Under the pieces are notes generated by a model. The model was not told where the DNA came from. It worked only from the letters and a program-made list of their open reading frames with translations, and did not search any database. A program made the translations under genes and the position numbers. From Pristiophorus japonicus (Eukaryota), in assembly GCF_044704955.1 (NCBI RefSeq), contig NC_091982.1, positions 102,610,001 to 102,674,000 on the forward strand: a stretch of DNA of 64,000 nt, in the 5' to 3' direction. Shown one piece after another: positions 35,952-49,269 of this stretch; the first letter of the stretch is position 1; each line of letters opens with the position of its first letter.

Positions 35952-36719
35952 CATATATATTAATGTACATTGTACATTCTGGATGTAATGTCCAGCAATG
36001 TATTATAAACAGAACAATTGCAATTGTAATGAAAGGAGTAAAATAGAGATGAAGTAAGTCAGGAAGTAGTGATTAATTAATGCTAAGTTTGGGTTTCGAA
36101 AGTTTCAAGATTTTAGAAGAAAGGAAAGATTGAAGGAGAAAAGCTATTCTGCAGTTTTGAGGTTCTTGAAAAGAATGAGAAGATGGTGCAATGAGTCTTT
36201 GATTTTAACATAGTGCGGGAGGGGGAAGAATGTATAAGGTAGAGTATTTTCAACTTAGGAAGAGCTTGAGAGGACAGTTCAGAGGAACATTTTTAAAAGA
36301 TTTTCTTAACTTCAGTCTGGAACTGATGCCCTGTCTACTTTCTTGGCAACAAGAATGGTTCAACATGACCCAATTAGCTTAGTAATAAGCATCACTGAGC
36401 TTTAGTATTTGTCCAACTTGTTATTGATAAATCAAGAGGCCTTCGCATTTCTCAGATAATAGTGGAAGAAAAGACAGAAGGTTCTTTATTACCTTTACCA
36501 CAGAACACCCAACGACTGACAGCACATGGGAACCGACACATTGATATCACCTTAATGAGAGCAGGTGCATTCACAGTCCCATTTCCCACATTTTGGAATT
36601 CCCAGAGCACCGAGGCTATTGCAGCCTATATTCATGTTATTAATAATCTTGTGTTTGTAATATTATATCATTACAGTGTGCCTTTAATGTTGTTGATTGG
36701 ACAATGCTAATCATGTGAT

Positions 36720-38621
36720 AACATAAGAACATAAGAATTAGGAACAGGAGTAGGCCATCTAGCCCCTCGAGCCTGCCCCGCCATTCAATAAGATCATGGC
36801 TGATCTGGTCATGGACTCAGCTCCACTTACCCGCCCTCTCCCCGTAACCCTTAATTCCCTTATTGGTTAAAAATCTATCTATCTTTGACTTGAAAACATT
36901 CAATGAGCTAGCCTCAACTTCTTCCTTGGGCAGAGAATTCCACAGATTCACAACCCTCTGGGAGAAGAAATGTTTTCTCAACTCGGTTTTAAATTGGCTC
37001 CTCCGTATTTTTAGGCTGTGCCCACTAGTTCTAGTCTCCCCCACCAATGAAAACAACCTCTCTGCCTCTATCTTGTCTATCCCTTTCATGATTTTAAATG
37101 TTTCTATAAGATCACCCCTCATCCTTCTGAACTCCAAGGAGTAAAGACCCAGTCTACTCAATCTATCATCATAAGGTAACCCCCTCATTTCTGGAATCAG
37201 CCTAGTGAATCGTCTCTGTACCCCTTCCAAAGCTAGTATATCCTTCCTTAAGTAAGGTGACCAAAACTGCACGCAGTACTCCAGGTGCGGCCTTACCAAT
37301 ACCTTATACAGTTGCAGCAAGACCTCCCTGCTTTTGTACTCCATCCCTTTCGCAATGAAGGCCAATATTCCATTTGCCTTCCTGATTACCTGCTGCACCT
37401 GCAAACTAACCTTTTGGGATTCATGCACAAGGACCCCCAGGTCCCTTTGCACCACAGCATGTTGTAATTTCTCCCCATTGAAATAATATTCCCTTTTACT
37501 GTTTTTTTCCCCAAGGTGGATGACCTCACACTTTCCGACATTGTATTCCATCTGCCAAACCTTAGCCCATTCGCTTAACCTATCCAAATCTCCTTGCAGT
37601 CTCTCTGAGTCCTCTACACAACCCGCTTTCCCACTAATCTTAGTGTCATCTGCAAATTTTGTTGCACTGCACTCTGTCCCCTCTTCTAGGTCATCTATGT
37701 ATATTGTAAACAGTTGTGGTCCCAGCACTGATCCCTGTGGCACACCACTAACCACTGATTTCCAACCGGAAAAGGACCCATTTATCCCGACTCTCTGCTT
37801 TCTGTTCGCCAGCCAATTCTCTATCCATGCTAATACATTTCCTCTGACTCCGCGTACCTTTATCTTCTGTAGTAACCTTTTGTGTGGCACCTTATCGAAT
37901 GCCTTTTGGAAATCTAAATACACCACATCCATCGGTACACCTCTATCCACCATGCTCGTCATATCCTCAAAGAATTCCAGTAAGTTAGTTAAACATGATT
38001 TCCCTTTCATGAATCCATGCTGCGTCTGCTTGATTGCACTATTCCTATCCAGATGTCCCGCTATTTCTTCCTTAATGATAGTTTCAAGCATTTTCCCCAC
38101 TACAGATGTTAAACTAACCGGCCTATAGTTACCTGCCTTTTGCCTGCCCCCTTTTTTAAACAGAGGCGTTACATTAGCTGCTCTCCAATCCGCTGGTACC
38201 TCCCCAGAGTCCAGAGAATTTTGGTAGATTATAACGAATGCATCTGCTATAACTTCAGCCATCTCTTTTAATACCCTGGGATGTATTTCATCAGGACCAG
38301 GGGACTTGTCTACCTTCAGTCCCATTAGCCTGTCCAGCACTACTCCCCTAGTGATAGTGATTGTCTCAAGGTCCTCCCTTCCCACATTCCTGTGGCCTGC
38401 AAATTTTGGCATTGTTTTTGTGTCTTCCATTGTGAAGATGGAAGCAAAATAATTGTTTAAGGTCTCAGCCATTTCCACATTTCCCATTATTAAATCTCCC
38501 TTCTTATCTTCTAAGGGACCAACATTTACTTTAGTCACTCTCTTCCGTTTTATATATCGGTAAAAGCTTTTACTATCTGTTTTTATGTTTTGCGCCAGCT
38601 TACTTTCGTAATCTATCTTTC
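36720..38621 (-). mobile_element. Young 5'-truncated CR1 LINE (second subfamily)
   Basis: (ttcttatg)n tail and an open RT frame. Confidence 0.96.
36817..38621 (-). CDS. CR1 ORF2 reverse transcriptase portion (about 600 aa)
   Basis: KSPGPD, NYRPVSLTS, YLDFQKAFDKVPH, GVPQGSVLGP and KFADD. The first about 17 aa of the listed ORF derive from flanking DNA. Confidence 0.92.
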
Positions 38622-39259
38622 CCATGACCCAATTAGATCTCAGCACTGCTCCATAGTGATCACATGACACCATAGACCAATCAGATCATTAGGAAAAAAA
38701 CTCAATCCATTTTTGGCAGTTGTGGTAGCTCTATATTTTCCCTTCTATTAATCTTACACTTTTGGACATTTTGCCCACTCAGTACAATCTCTGCTGCTTC
38801 ATGGATACCCTGCCAAGTGCACCAGTTCTGCTCCATTCCTTCCCTTCCAGGTGCAGCCTGAATGCCTAGGGTCCAGCTCCATTCCTTACTTCAGACCAAG
38901 ACCCTCCTCAATTTCCGCAGGTTGTGCCTTCTCTTCTCATCCCCCATTCTCCAATAATGGGACAGAGAGCAATGCTGCAGGAGGTTGCTTAGTTTTATAT
39001 AAATAACTAAAAGGAGAGATGATGTTGAAAGGTGTAACATAGGTTAAATTTTACAAAATTTTTCTCCCAAACATGGAGCCTGAATTGTTGGAAGCATGGA
39101 TTGGTGAATTAGGCACAGAGGGCTAGACTTTCCACTGGGATCACTATCATCCCCAAAAATGGGCGATGTTCCGGCCTTAATGATTTTTTATTTTTCAGGA
39201 TCGCTGGACTATCGCCCAGTTTTTGAGCGCTACTTTCGGCTTTTTATTTTGGCCGATAG

Positions 39260-39357
39260 CCTTAGCAATGTGAAATGGGCCTTAGTGATGTGAAATGGGC
39301 CTTAACGATGTGGAATGGGCCTTAACGATGTGGAATGGGCCTTAGCGATGTGGAAGG
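39260..39357. repeat. Subterminal 20-bp tandem repeat (about 5 copies) in H3
   Basis: Unit approximately ccttagcgatgtggaatggg. Confidence 0.9.
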
Positions 39358-39574
39358 CTATCGTCCATAGCAACAGCCGTTCTGCACATGCGTTTTTTTT
39401 TGCAAAGAACTTTTCCCGCGATTCAGGAGGTCGGGGATATCTGCGCATGTGCAGAAGACAAAAGGAGGGAGAGAGAGTGTTTGTGATGGAAGGAGGTGGA
39501 AGAATTTGGTGAGAGAGTGATCAGCAGTAAAATACCTATAAAATACCTATAAATCAGATATAAATAAGATGGAC

Positions 39575-41918
39575 ATGTCTCGTGAACAGTTGGGGGACAG
39601 TGTCCAGGAAATTTCAGGGGGAAGGAGGGCAAAACCCTTCTCAGATGAAGCACTGATCCACAAGGTGGAGACTCAGTGGACCCAATTAACCCGGGGTGGG
39701 CATGGGAAACCTCCACCCTGAACATATCAAAAGATTTGGGGCGAGATCGCTGATGTGGTGCCCTCGGTGTCCCACGAGGTGAGGGGATTGGACCAGTGCC
39801 GCAAGATGTGGAACAGCCTGGTTGCTTTGGCAAGAGTAAGTATTAAATAGATTTTAAATTGTAATGATTCACTGAATACTGAATATGTAAATCTGCCGGA
39901 TTGTAATGAAGTTGGGTATTCTTGCGTAGATTCCCTGCTAAGATTTGGACTGGGTTCGGAACCTGTGCCCTTTAAGTCTAATTTTGGCACCGTCTCCTTT
40001 TGGGTTACGTTGGTGGATGAGGCATGACTAAGCACTGAGGGGTCCGGTCACCTTTACCCAGACTGTGTTAGTCTCTCCGGCTGCTGTCACTTACACAGTG
40101 ACCCAGCCTGGACTGGGGGAGAGCTGCCCTGGCTCACTGTCTGCCCTGGGACATTAGCTCCGTTCTCCGAGCACAGCCCCATGGACATGGTGCCCTCTCC
40201 CATTACACTCCTGTTATTGCCGAGCTCATCAGCGGTCCCAATTCACCCCCCTGGGGGATCTCCATCGAGTCAAATAAACCGCCTACCCCCCCCTCAGGCG
40301 GCGAAGGACACGGCCCGTGGATGGGACCTTTCCTGGAAATTGTAAGCGAGATGTTTGGTGTCAAGCATTAGTTTCTAAACACGATGTTATTAAATATTTT
40401 CTCGAAACATAGATGTTATAACCATGCATCCATTGTGGATACAAACCGTAATAGCATACAACATTCAAATCTGTTGTCTTTCCGTAATAGTACCTAGTCA
40501 ATTAGCTTATGCCATGCTCGTGCCACGTTTGCAGAGGAAGATATCTAAGAATTGATCCGAGCAGAGGCGCACCGGATGAGGCCCTGCTCAACGACAGCCA
40601 CTCACTGACTTGGAGGAACGTGCTGCAGCACTAGTGGGTAGCCACAATCGCCCTGCCACCCGTGGTGGTCTAGATCCCGTTGTTGCACCACGTGAGTAAT
40701 GTGTAAACCAGTGGTAATTCGAAGTAATGTAACGGCACTTCATTATAATATATGAATGACATCATGTTACGCATGCAGCTTCTGTACTACTCTCAGGTTA
40801 ACAACATACGAACATAAGAAATAGGAGCAGGAGTAGACCATTTGGCCCCTCGAGCCTGCTCCGACATCATAAGATCATGACTGATTTGATCATGGAATCA
40901 GCCCCACTTCCCTGCTCGCTCCCCATTACTCTTGACCCTTACCATTCAAAAATCTGTCTATCTCCACCTTAAGTATATTCAATGATCCAACCTCCACAGC
41001 TCTCTGGGGCAGTGAATTCCATAGATGTACAACCATATGATGTAATCATATATGTAATGTCTCTCGTTCACATTTATTGCAGTAGTGTTGCTCCTCCTAC
41101 GTATGCCAGCGCAGCGCAAGCATTCTCATGTCTATCCTTCTGTTCTGATAAGTTCAATTATGTTTTGCAGATTCCCAGACCCCCGAAGCACAAAGGGAGG
41201 CTGCTCCTGTCCCCTTATAGGTGGTCATCATCATGGGTGCAGAGAACACTACTGAAGAGGAGGAGGAGGAGGAAGATGAAAAAATGTCATCTGTGGTACC
41301 TGCGGCCACGTCTTAATCAACCCATGAAGTAGCGGGGCCAAGCGGCTTGCAGCAGGCGACTCCAAAGCGTACAGTGCCTACGCCGACCCCATGGAGGTTG
41401 AGTCAGCGAGGTAGGCACGTGCTGCAAGGGCAAATCTTAATGAGGACATGGTCGCACTGTCCAAGGAGAGCGTCGACATCGGTCGAGAGCTCCTCCAGGC
41501 GATTGGTAGGTTGACCGGAAACATTGCTGCAAAGTCCACTCAAATAACGGAGGGCATGAAGCGCAAAGTTGTGGCACTGGGCCAAATGACCGACGCTGTC
41601 CATGCCTTGTGGCTTGCGATAGTGTCGGGAAATGGCACTGTACTCCAAGGTGCCATCCCATCAAGCACCAGGAGAGATGCGAGTCAGGAGGAAGAACTTC
41701 CTTCTGGCTTAGAAGACATTTCTTCTGAAACGTCTTCTCCTCCAGCCACTGAGGGGATTCTGCCAACGTCACCCCACACCCCCCACCCCCATACCCCACC
41801 TCAGCAAGCCTTGAGGTCCCCTGCTGCAAGACCTATTGGTCCCATTACTCTGGGATTGATACGGGGATTACGACAAGGAGGGGGTCAAGGGTCAGGAGGG
41901 AAGCCTGGCCGCAGGTAA
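39575..41918 (+). pseudogene. Harbinger Myb/SANT-like gene of H3 (3 exons)
   Basis: Exon 1 reads RRAKPFSDEAL...YQKIWGEIADVV...DQCRKMWNSLVALAR|gtaagt (39836). Exon 2 is 40535-40691. Exon 3 starts at 41171, with an acidic run, a heptad-like stretch and an R/G-rich end. Confidence 0.85.
40808..41035 (-). mobile_element. CR1 3' tip in intron 2 of the H3 Myb gene
   Basis: gaacataagaaataggagcaggagtag.ccatt.ggcccctcgagcctgctcc is the reverse CR1 tail. Confidence 0.88.
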
Positions 41919-42224
41919 GGGGGGAGGCGGGAGGATATATTGTAAGTTCTTCTTAAAAATTGTTGTGTTGTGTTGTGTTGTGTTAAAAATATTGTTGAAT
42001 GTTCGAGGTGGCGGTTGGGGAGGGGTGGTGGGGGTGTTATATATGTTTCAGTTAAAAATTTTCAAAATTTGTCTTTAATTATTAAATTCTCTTATTTAAC
42101 TTTACAATTGTCCTGAAGTGTCTTCTAATAATGTACGGTAAAACATGAATACAATGGTTGGAAACAATGGCCATGGCCATGCCTGGCCAGGCAATGATGA
42201 AATGCAACGCAACTGTAACTGTCA

Positions 42225-43420
42225 CCAAGTTCGCGCAAAGCATTTATTTATGAGCTGCTGACGCAAGAGTTTTGCAGCTGCATAACTACCATGGGGCTTT
42301 CCAGTCTTGCGGGGGGCGTGGGAGCATGGGTTCATCGCCAGGCTGATTGTCCTCCCTGAGGTCCTCATCATCCTCCTCCTCGTCTTCCTCTTCCACCTCC
42401 CCTCTTTTCTGAGGTGGATCGGCGGTTCCATCTGACAACTATTGTCCTCTCCTCATAGCTAGGTTATGCAACATGCAGCACATCACAATAAACTCAGCAA
42501 CCTGCTCGGGGTGGTATTATAGGTTGCCTCCTGAGTGGTCCAGGCATCTGAAGTGCTGCGTAAGCACTCCTATTATCTTTTCGACAATATTGCGTGTGGC
42601 TATATGGCTTTCATTGTAATGTTTCTCGGCTTCCATCTGGGGGGTCATGAGCCAGCTGGTAAGGCCATATTCTTTATCCCTCAGCATCCAACCGTGACCT
42701 TGTGACTGATTCTTAAACAGGTCAGAGACAGTGCTCTCATGCAAGATGTGCGCATCATGGATGCTGCCTGGAAAATTTGCATTTATTGCCATGATTATTT
42801 GGTTGTGGTCGACAACGAGCTGCACATCCAGGGAGTGGAACCCCTTTCGGTTCCGAAACACCTCCGCATCCTGTAAAGTTGCTCTCAGGACGATGTGCAT
42901 ACAGTCTATTGCTCCCTGCACCTTGGGAAAGTTTGCTATTCTTGAGAAACCCAAAGTCCTCTCAGTCTGTGCCTCCCTGGTCATAGGGAAGCTTATAAAG
43001 TTCATTCTGTATGCGTAAAGGGCTTTAGTCACCTGTCGAATGCAGCAATGTGTGGTGTGCTGAGAGATAGTGCAAATGTCGCCAACTGAGGCCTGAAAGA
43101 AGCCCGATGTGTAGAAGGAAAGTGCTGCCATAACCTTAATCTCAATGGGCAGTGCGATCCCGATGGTGCTGGTAAGCTCCCTTAATTAGCTGGCATATCT
43201 CATCGATGACCTCCTTTCAGAAGCGCAGTCTCCTAAGGCATGTGTTTTTGGACAAGTTCAGATATGATCGCTTTTCCCTGTAAATGTGTTGGGTGTAAAG
43301 TCTCCACCGCAGCAGCAGTCTGCCAGCTCTTTGATTGGGCACATAATTCTCTTCAATATACCATCTTCAGTCTGAGCGTGTGATTAGTAACCAATACTGG
43401 TAGAGAAATTACAGATCCTA
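42225..43420 (-). pseudogene. Harbinger transposase pseudogene (H3)
   Basis: ORF 42517-43131 contains [44 protein letters not shown] and YNESHIATRNIVEKIIGVL (DDE_Tnp_4 pattern). Confidence 0.92.
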
Positions 43421-43895
43421 TCACTATAAATCGTTATAAATGCCCTAAATTTGTCCTCAACAGATACAAATGTGATTAGATGATTGGCAAGAGTCAAAAA
43501 TGCCCTTAAAATCACTCACAGATTGATTCTCCTCATAAGCACTTCAAGCAGCCTTTCAGTTACAGATCCTTCGACATTCAAAATGGAGTCCTTAGTGCCA
43601 AGCACTGCCAAGTAGTGCCGACTTAAGGTCAGGTGAGCGCAGCTTTTCTCCAGCGATCTTTTCGGCGAGCGATCAGCTTGGCGAATTGTGGGGGCTATGG
43701 CGAAAGTTGCGGTCGGCAATCATCTGGGCGATTACCTTCGGCCAGGCGATGCACATTCATGTGTGCTGAAAGTTGGGCCAGCGATGAATGGGCGATGTTC
43801 CGGCCCTACTTTCCACTTTTGAGCAAAAATGGGCGATAGCCTGCTTATGTCGGCGATAGATGGGTGATCAAGAGTGGAAAGTCTAGCCCAGAGTA

Positions 43896-45560
43896 TGTAA
43901 TAGAGCTCCCTCTAGTGGACTACTGTTCCACCTAGTGGACTAATGATGTACTGCAACCACTGATGTAAATAAGTAAGGATCACGTGGCAAAGTCGCATAG
44001 GATTTCTGGATGCACAAGTTGAAATTTTTGTTGGTGGATGATTCCTGCCAACCAACAGAGAGACTTTGAGAGGTTCTTTGTTTTGCAGAACAGCTAAAAA
44101 TCCAAGGTAAATTATAAGCAGTCTTGGCTGAACTGTTGATGGCTGCACCTATGGGAATAATAGGGTGCTTGGGTGAGTTTCATCACAACTGAGAGACTTT
44201 CACAGCATATGTGGAGCGGCTAGAAATGTTTTTCACCGCAAATAGCATCGTCAAAGATGATGAAAACCATAACCAGGTAGTTTTAGAAAGGAAACAGGGT
44301 ATTTTCTTGACTGAAGCAGGCCCCGAGGTTAATGAAACCCTGAAAAATATGCTTGTTCCCATCAAGCCGAAGGACACGCCACTGACAGAGATATAGTCCT
44401 AAGCCCCTGGTAATTGCTGAAAGTTATTGTTTTGGAATATGAGATCAATTAATTAATGAGAGTATCAGTGAGTACACTATAGCTTTAAAGAAGCTTTCCA
44501 TTCACTGTCATTTCGGAAACTTTCAGGACCGAGCATTGCATGACCACTTTATTTGTGGGATGAAAAATGAAGCAATCAGAAGAAAATTGTTGATAACCCC
44601 TAACTTGACTTTTGATTTAGCTTGTCAGAGAGTTATGTTGATGGATATGGCCAACCAATATTCCCGAGAATTTTGTGCCATTTCCAGTCGTCAGACAACC
44701 GAGGTGAATCGCCTGCAGGTTAAAAGTAAAAAGTAGTTGGGCAGGTACAGCAGGCGGTTAAGAAAGCAAATGGCATGTTGGCCTTCATAGCGAGGGGATT
44801 TGAGTACAGGGGCAGGGGATTTGAGTACAGGGGCAGGGAGGTGTTGCTACAGTTGTACAGGGCCTTGGTGAGGCCACACCTGGAGTATTGTGTACAGTTT
44901 TGGTCTCCTAACCTGAGGAAGGACATTCTTGCTATTGAGGGAGTGCAGCGAAGGTTCACCAGACTGATTCCCGGGATGGCGGGACTGACCTATCAAGAAA
45001 GACTGGATCAACTGGGCTTGTATTCACTGGAGTTCAGAAGAATGAGAGGGGACCTCATAGAAACGTTTAAAATTCTGACGGGGTTAGACAGGTTAGATGC
45101 AGGAAGAATGTTCTCAATGTTGGGGAAGTCCAGAACCAGGGGACACAGTCTAAGGATAAGGGGGAAGCCATTTAGGACCGAGATGAGGAGGAATTTCTTC
45201 ACCCAGAGAGTGGTGAACCTGTGGAATTCTCTACCACAGAAAGTTGTTGAGGCCAATTCACTAAATATATTCAAAAAGGAGTTAGATGAAGTCCTTACTA
45301 CCAGGGGAATCAAGGGGTATGGTGAGAAAGCAGGAATGGGGTACTGAAGTTGCATGTTCAGCCATGAACTCATTGAATGGCGGTGCAGGCTAGAAGGGCC
45401 GAATGGCCTACTCCTGCACCTATTTTCTATGTTTCTATGTTTCTAATGCCTCAGCAACTGACCAAGGTAAGAGTGAATTGAAGTCATACTATCGGTGCCT
45501 GGGACAACACATTGCTCAAAGTTGTCCATAGATGAAGGCAAAGTGTTTCATCTGCAGAAA
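43896..45560 (+). mobile_element. Gypsy relic: partial LTR plus decayed gag with zinc knuckle, split by a CR1
   Basis: tgtaatagag start; MAAPMGIIGCLGEF...AYVERLEMFFTANS and DHFICGMKNEAIRRKLL. After the CR1: YRCLGQHIAQSCP..KAKCFICRK. Confidence 0.82.
44738..45444 (+). mobile_element. Young 5'-truncated CR1 LINE
   Basis: ORF 44775-45347 is open and has a (tttctatg)n tail. Same subfamily as 2225-2765 and 26051-28130. Confidence 0.96.
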
Positions 45561-46839
45561 GATATCACAGATTACAGTGAGCCCAATTCATGATTCTTCC
45601 CAATATTCTGGTGATTAATTTTACCCTCCACCTCTCCCTCGCCTGTGCACTCTCATTAGAGTAACATATGTAGCCTTTCTCCTATCTGTGTCTTCTCCCT
45701 TCTGTTACACCCACCTTGCCTTATAAGCAAAGTTCTGAAGTTGAAAGTGCTACAAGCCCATACAGTCACATGCAGGTACCCAGTCAATAGCCCCCCATGG
45801 ATGTGGGTGCAGCCATTTAAAGGATATCATTTTTGCAAAAAGTTCCATTTATAAGTTGCTGGTGCAAAATGTACCTGCTGTAGAATGGGCAGGCATTCAA
45901 AGAGCTATAAAATAGTTTGAGTGGGCTGAAAAACTTTATGGAGTGTATACATTGCCAATCTACTACTGGTATAAGGTCATGATAGGTAATTGTACCTTGG
46001 CTGATTTGCTGAGATCTCTAAACTTCTGTAATTTCAGCTAGGTGCTCTTTGTCATTTGAAACGGACCTTCCGTATATGACTCGCTTGTGTAGATAAAGCC
46101 CTGCAGAACTAAACAGGGCAACTCTCCGCTACTGCCCGTCATCCAGCAGTGCCTCTACTGGCACATCAATGTGTTCATAGTTGCCTCTGCTTCATCGTTG
46201 CAATTCATTTGTAACTTTGATCCAGCAAAGCACCCTTCTTTTAAATCCCTGCAGCAGCACCGGACGCCCTACCTCCTGACCGGTGAGCTCCAAGCAACAT
46301 GCCGGGGGCTTATTGTGCATACGTGATTGGGTCTGTGGTGAGGCAAGTGCTAGTCTGTGGGAGCCTAAATCCGGCCACACAAGGTTCCTACTTAATCCAT
46401 GCACATCATGGAGAAATCTACTCTTTTATGTGCCTGATGTCAAAAAGAGATTTATTTTTTGTGATTCACCCTTCCCCTTCTGCATCCTGCATTCTCTTGA
46501 TCCAGACCAGGAAAGCCAGAAAAATAGATGACTGTAGTTATTTATATTTTTTAATAACCACTAAACTTAAAATTCGATAAACCCCTTTATCAAGCTAAAG
46601 GAGTTAATAATTTATGACACTTGCGGCTATCATTCAAGGTCTCATTATGGCCCACTCACACTGAAGGCAGTGGTGCTACAGGTCAGAACTTTGTACACAG
46701 GATTGCCACTGATGTCTGTCCTGATCGACCTGAACTCGGATAAAAATGTAAAGGTAAGTGGGTGAACAAGAACCCCACTGAGACTGTACAACCCTTTTTC
46801 TGATAGACTGAACAATGGAACTAAACTTTGCTTTAGTAG

Positions 46840-48303
46840 AACAGTTCCCAAAGATTGGAAGGTAGCAAACATAACCCCACTATTTAAGAAAGAAGGAAGA
46901 GAAAAATTGGGGAACTATAGGCCAGTTAGCCTGACATCAGTAGTAGGCAAAATGCTAGAATCTATTGTTCGGGGCGTGGTAACAGGGCACTGAGAAAATT
47001 GGAATATGATTCGGCGTGGTTTTACGAAAGGGAAATCGTGTTTGACAAATCCCTTTCGTAAAATCATTTTTTGAAGATGTAACTAGTAGGATAGATAAGA
47101 GAGAAGCACTGGTTGTAGTGTATTTGGATTTTCAAAAAACATTCGATAAGGTGCCACACAAAAAGTTAATACACAGAATTAGGACTCATGGGATTGGAGG
47201 TAATATATTAGCATGGATGGAGGATTGGTTAACGGACAGAAAACAAAGAGTAGGAATAAAGGGAGCTTTTTGGGGTTGGCAGGCTGCAACTATCGGGGTA
47301 CTGCAAGGATCAGAGCTTAAACGAGCTATTTACAATCTATATTAATGACTTGGATGAAGGGACTGAACGTAACGTATCCAAGTTTGCTGATGATACAAAG
47401 TTAGGTGGGAAAGTAAGCTGTGAGGGGTCGCAAAGAGGCTGCACAGAGATATAGACAGGTTGACTGAGTGGGCAAGAACATGTCAAACGGAATACAATGT
47501 GGGGAAATGTGAAGTTATCCACTTTGGTAGGAAAAACAAAAATCTGAATATTTTTTGAATGGTGAGAGACTGGGGAATATTTGCATTCAGAGGGACCTGG
47601 GTGTACTTGTAAAAGGATCACAGAAAGTTAAAATGCAGGTACAACAAGCAATAATAAAACAAATGGTATGTTAGCTTATGTTATGAAGGGATTAGAGTAT
47701 AAAAGTAAAGAAGTCTCACTACAATTATACAGGGCATTAGTGAGGCCACACCTGGAGTACTCTGTGCAGTTCTGGTCTCCTTACCTAAGGAAAGACATAC
47801 TTGCCTTAGAGGGAGTGCAGCAAAGGTTCACTAGACTGGTTCCTCGGATGAGGGGTTTGCCCTATGAGGAGAGATTGAGTAGACGAGGTTTATATTCCCT
47901 AGAGTTTAGGAGAATCTAATTGAAACATATAAAATTCTTAAGGGGCTTGACAGGGTTAATGCTGAGAAAATGTTTCCCCTACCTGGAGAATCCAGAACAC
48001 GGGGCCACAGTCCCAAAATAAGGGGTCGGCCATTTAGGACTGAGATGAGGAGGAACTTCTTCACTCAAAGGGTTGTGAATCTTTGGAATTCTCCACCCCA
48101 GAGGGCTGTGGATGCTCAGTTGTTGAGTATATTCAAGACAGAGGTCGATAAGTTTTGGGAACTAAGGAAATTAAGAAATATGGGGATAGTGTGGGAAGGT
48201 GGAGTTGAAGTAGAAGATCAGCCATGATCTTATTGAATGGTGGAGCAGGCTCCAAGGGCCAAATGGCCTACTCCTGCTCCTATTTCTTATGTTCTTATGT
48301 TCT
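46840..48303 (+). mobile_element. Degraded CR1 LINE
   Basis: NYRPVSLTS, YLDFQKTFDKVPH, KFADDTK and RPHLEYSVQFWSP remnants, with a ttcttatg tail. Confidence 0.93.
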
Positions 48304-48589
48304 AGCATTTAGACAGGCAATTACCTTTCCTGTCAGAAAAAGATCCAGGTATAATCTATCAGAGCAGCTTGTGATCACTCGTGACGGACACTTTTAAGCT
48401 TCAAAGTTGCAAAACTGATTGGGGTAGTTATGACATGGGGAGGGAAGTAGCAATGAGGAATAAGTTTAGATTTAATATTTATGAATAAACCTTCAAATGC
48501 AATGAAAGCTTGAGGGATTCTTCTCAGGGCTAAGTGGCTGAATACACTGCATGCTGTGGTATTAAAGTATACAAGTCTAGAGTGTCCCA

Positions 48590-48915
48590 TGTTTGATCGC
48601 CTGGTTAGCGCTGAGCTGGTGCTTCACAGTGGAGATGGTCGCAGGTCTACTATAATTGACCCCAATGCCCGAGGGCTAGGGAGGGAGAAAAAGAGGGCCA
48701 ACATTCTCATCCCATGTTGCTATCCAGTGGCTCTGGTCAGAAAGTACACCTGTTTGGACACCGGATGAAAACATGTTTGAGCTCAGCTGTGATGCCTTCC
48801 ATGCTTGCCAACACTCTCATATGTGAAGAATGACTACTTGGTTGAGGTACTAGAGAGTTGTGGTGACTGTGGAACTGAATCTCAGCAAGAGTTAGCACCT
48901 TCAGGAGAGGGAAAA
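48590..48915 (+). mobile_element. Old unclassified SINE-like repeat fragment
   Basis: Resembles from memory a common shark repeat (gggctagggaggg...gctatccagtg...gctcagctgtgatgcc...cagcaagagt.agc.ccttcaggagagg). A 30-bp piece recurs at about 49061-49090. Confidence 0.4.
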
Positions 48916-49269
48916 TGGAAAAGAAGGGACATAAAGGGACAGAATAAAGACAAATGGGCACACCCCTCCATTTCTTATCGACTGCCTACTATCTCTTAGC
49001 TGCAGGAGTTTGCATGCTGATAAATGATAACAATGGTGTTTTAATGGTTATCTCTCTACTCAGTGGCTCTGGTCAGAAAGTACATCTGTTGTTATGACAA
49101 ATAACCTTGTCTCCTGTATTTCTGGAGGGGAATAATGAACTCCCTTTTCACTTTAGTGAAGCTCCTTTAATCACAGGTTCCAATATTTATCTTTTTGTTT
49201 CCATTTTCCTGTCAAAGTATATGCATATATTATATATAAGTGTGTGTGTGAGTGTGTGTGTGTGTATAT

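Larger units (their letters stand above)
39120..43889. mobile_element. Full-length decayed Harbinger copy H3 (opposite orientation to H1/H2/H4)
   Basis: Perfect 17-bp TIR gggctagactttccact / agtggaaagtctagccc, TSD aga/aga. Myb gene on +, transposase on -. Confidence 0.95.

Noticed and set aside
36455-36565. Possible exon (cag|ATAATAG...GCAG|gtgc) with a chromodomain-like DSTWEP peptide
   Set aside because: The donor is weak, there is a stop right after TWEPTH, the YLVKW-type motif is missing and no partner exons were found.
36364-38636. 14-bp direct repeat catgacccaattag as the TSD of the CR1 at 36720-38621
   Set aside because: The left copy is about 350 bp from the CR1 tail, so it is not a flanking TSD; left unexplained.
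42517-43131. Host HARBI1 gene
   Set aside because: It lies within TIR/TSD-bounded H3, has disabling mutations and has several paralogous copies in the window, so it is a transposon copy and not the domesticated gene.
46253-46290. Possible micro-exon after a pyrimidine tract (ctgcag|...CCG|gtgagc)
   Set aside because: The peptide is not recognisable and such signals arise by chance; transcript data would be needed.
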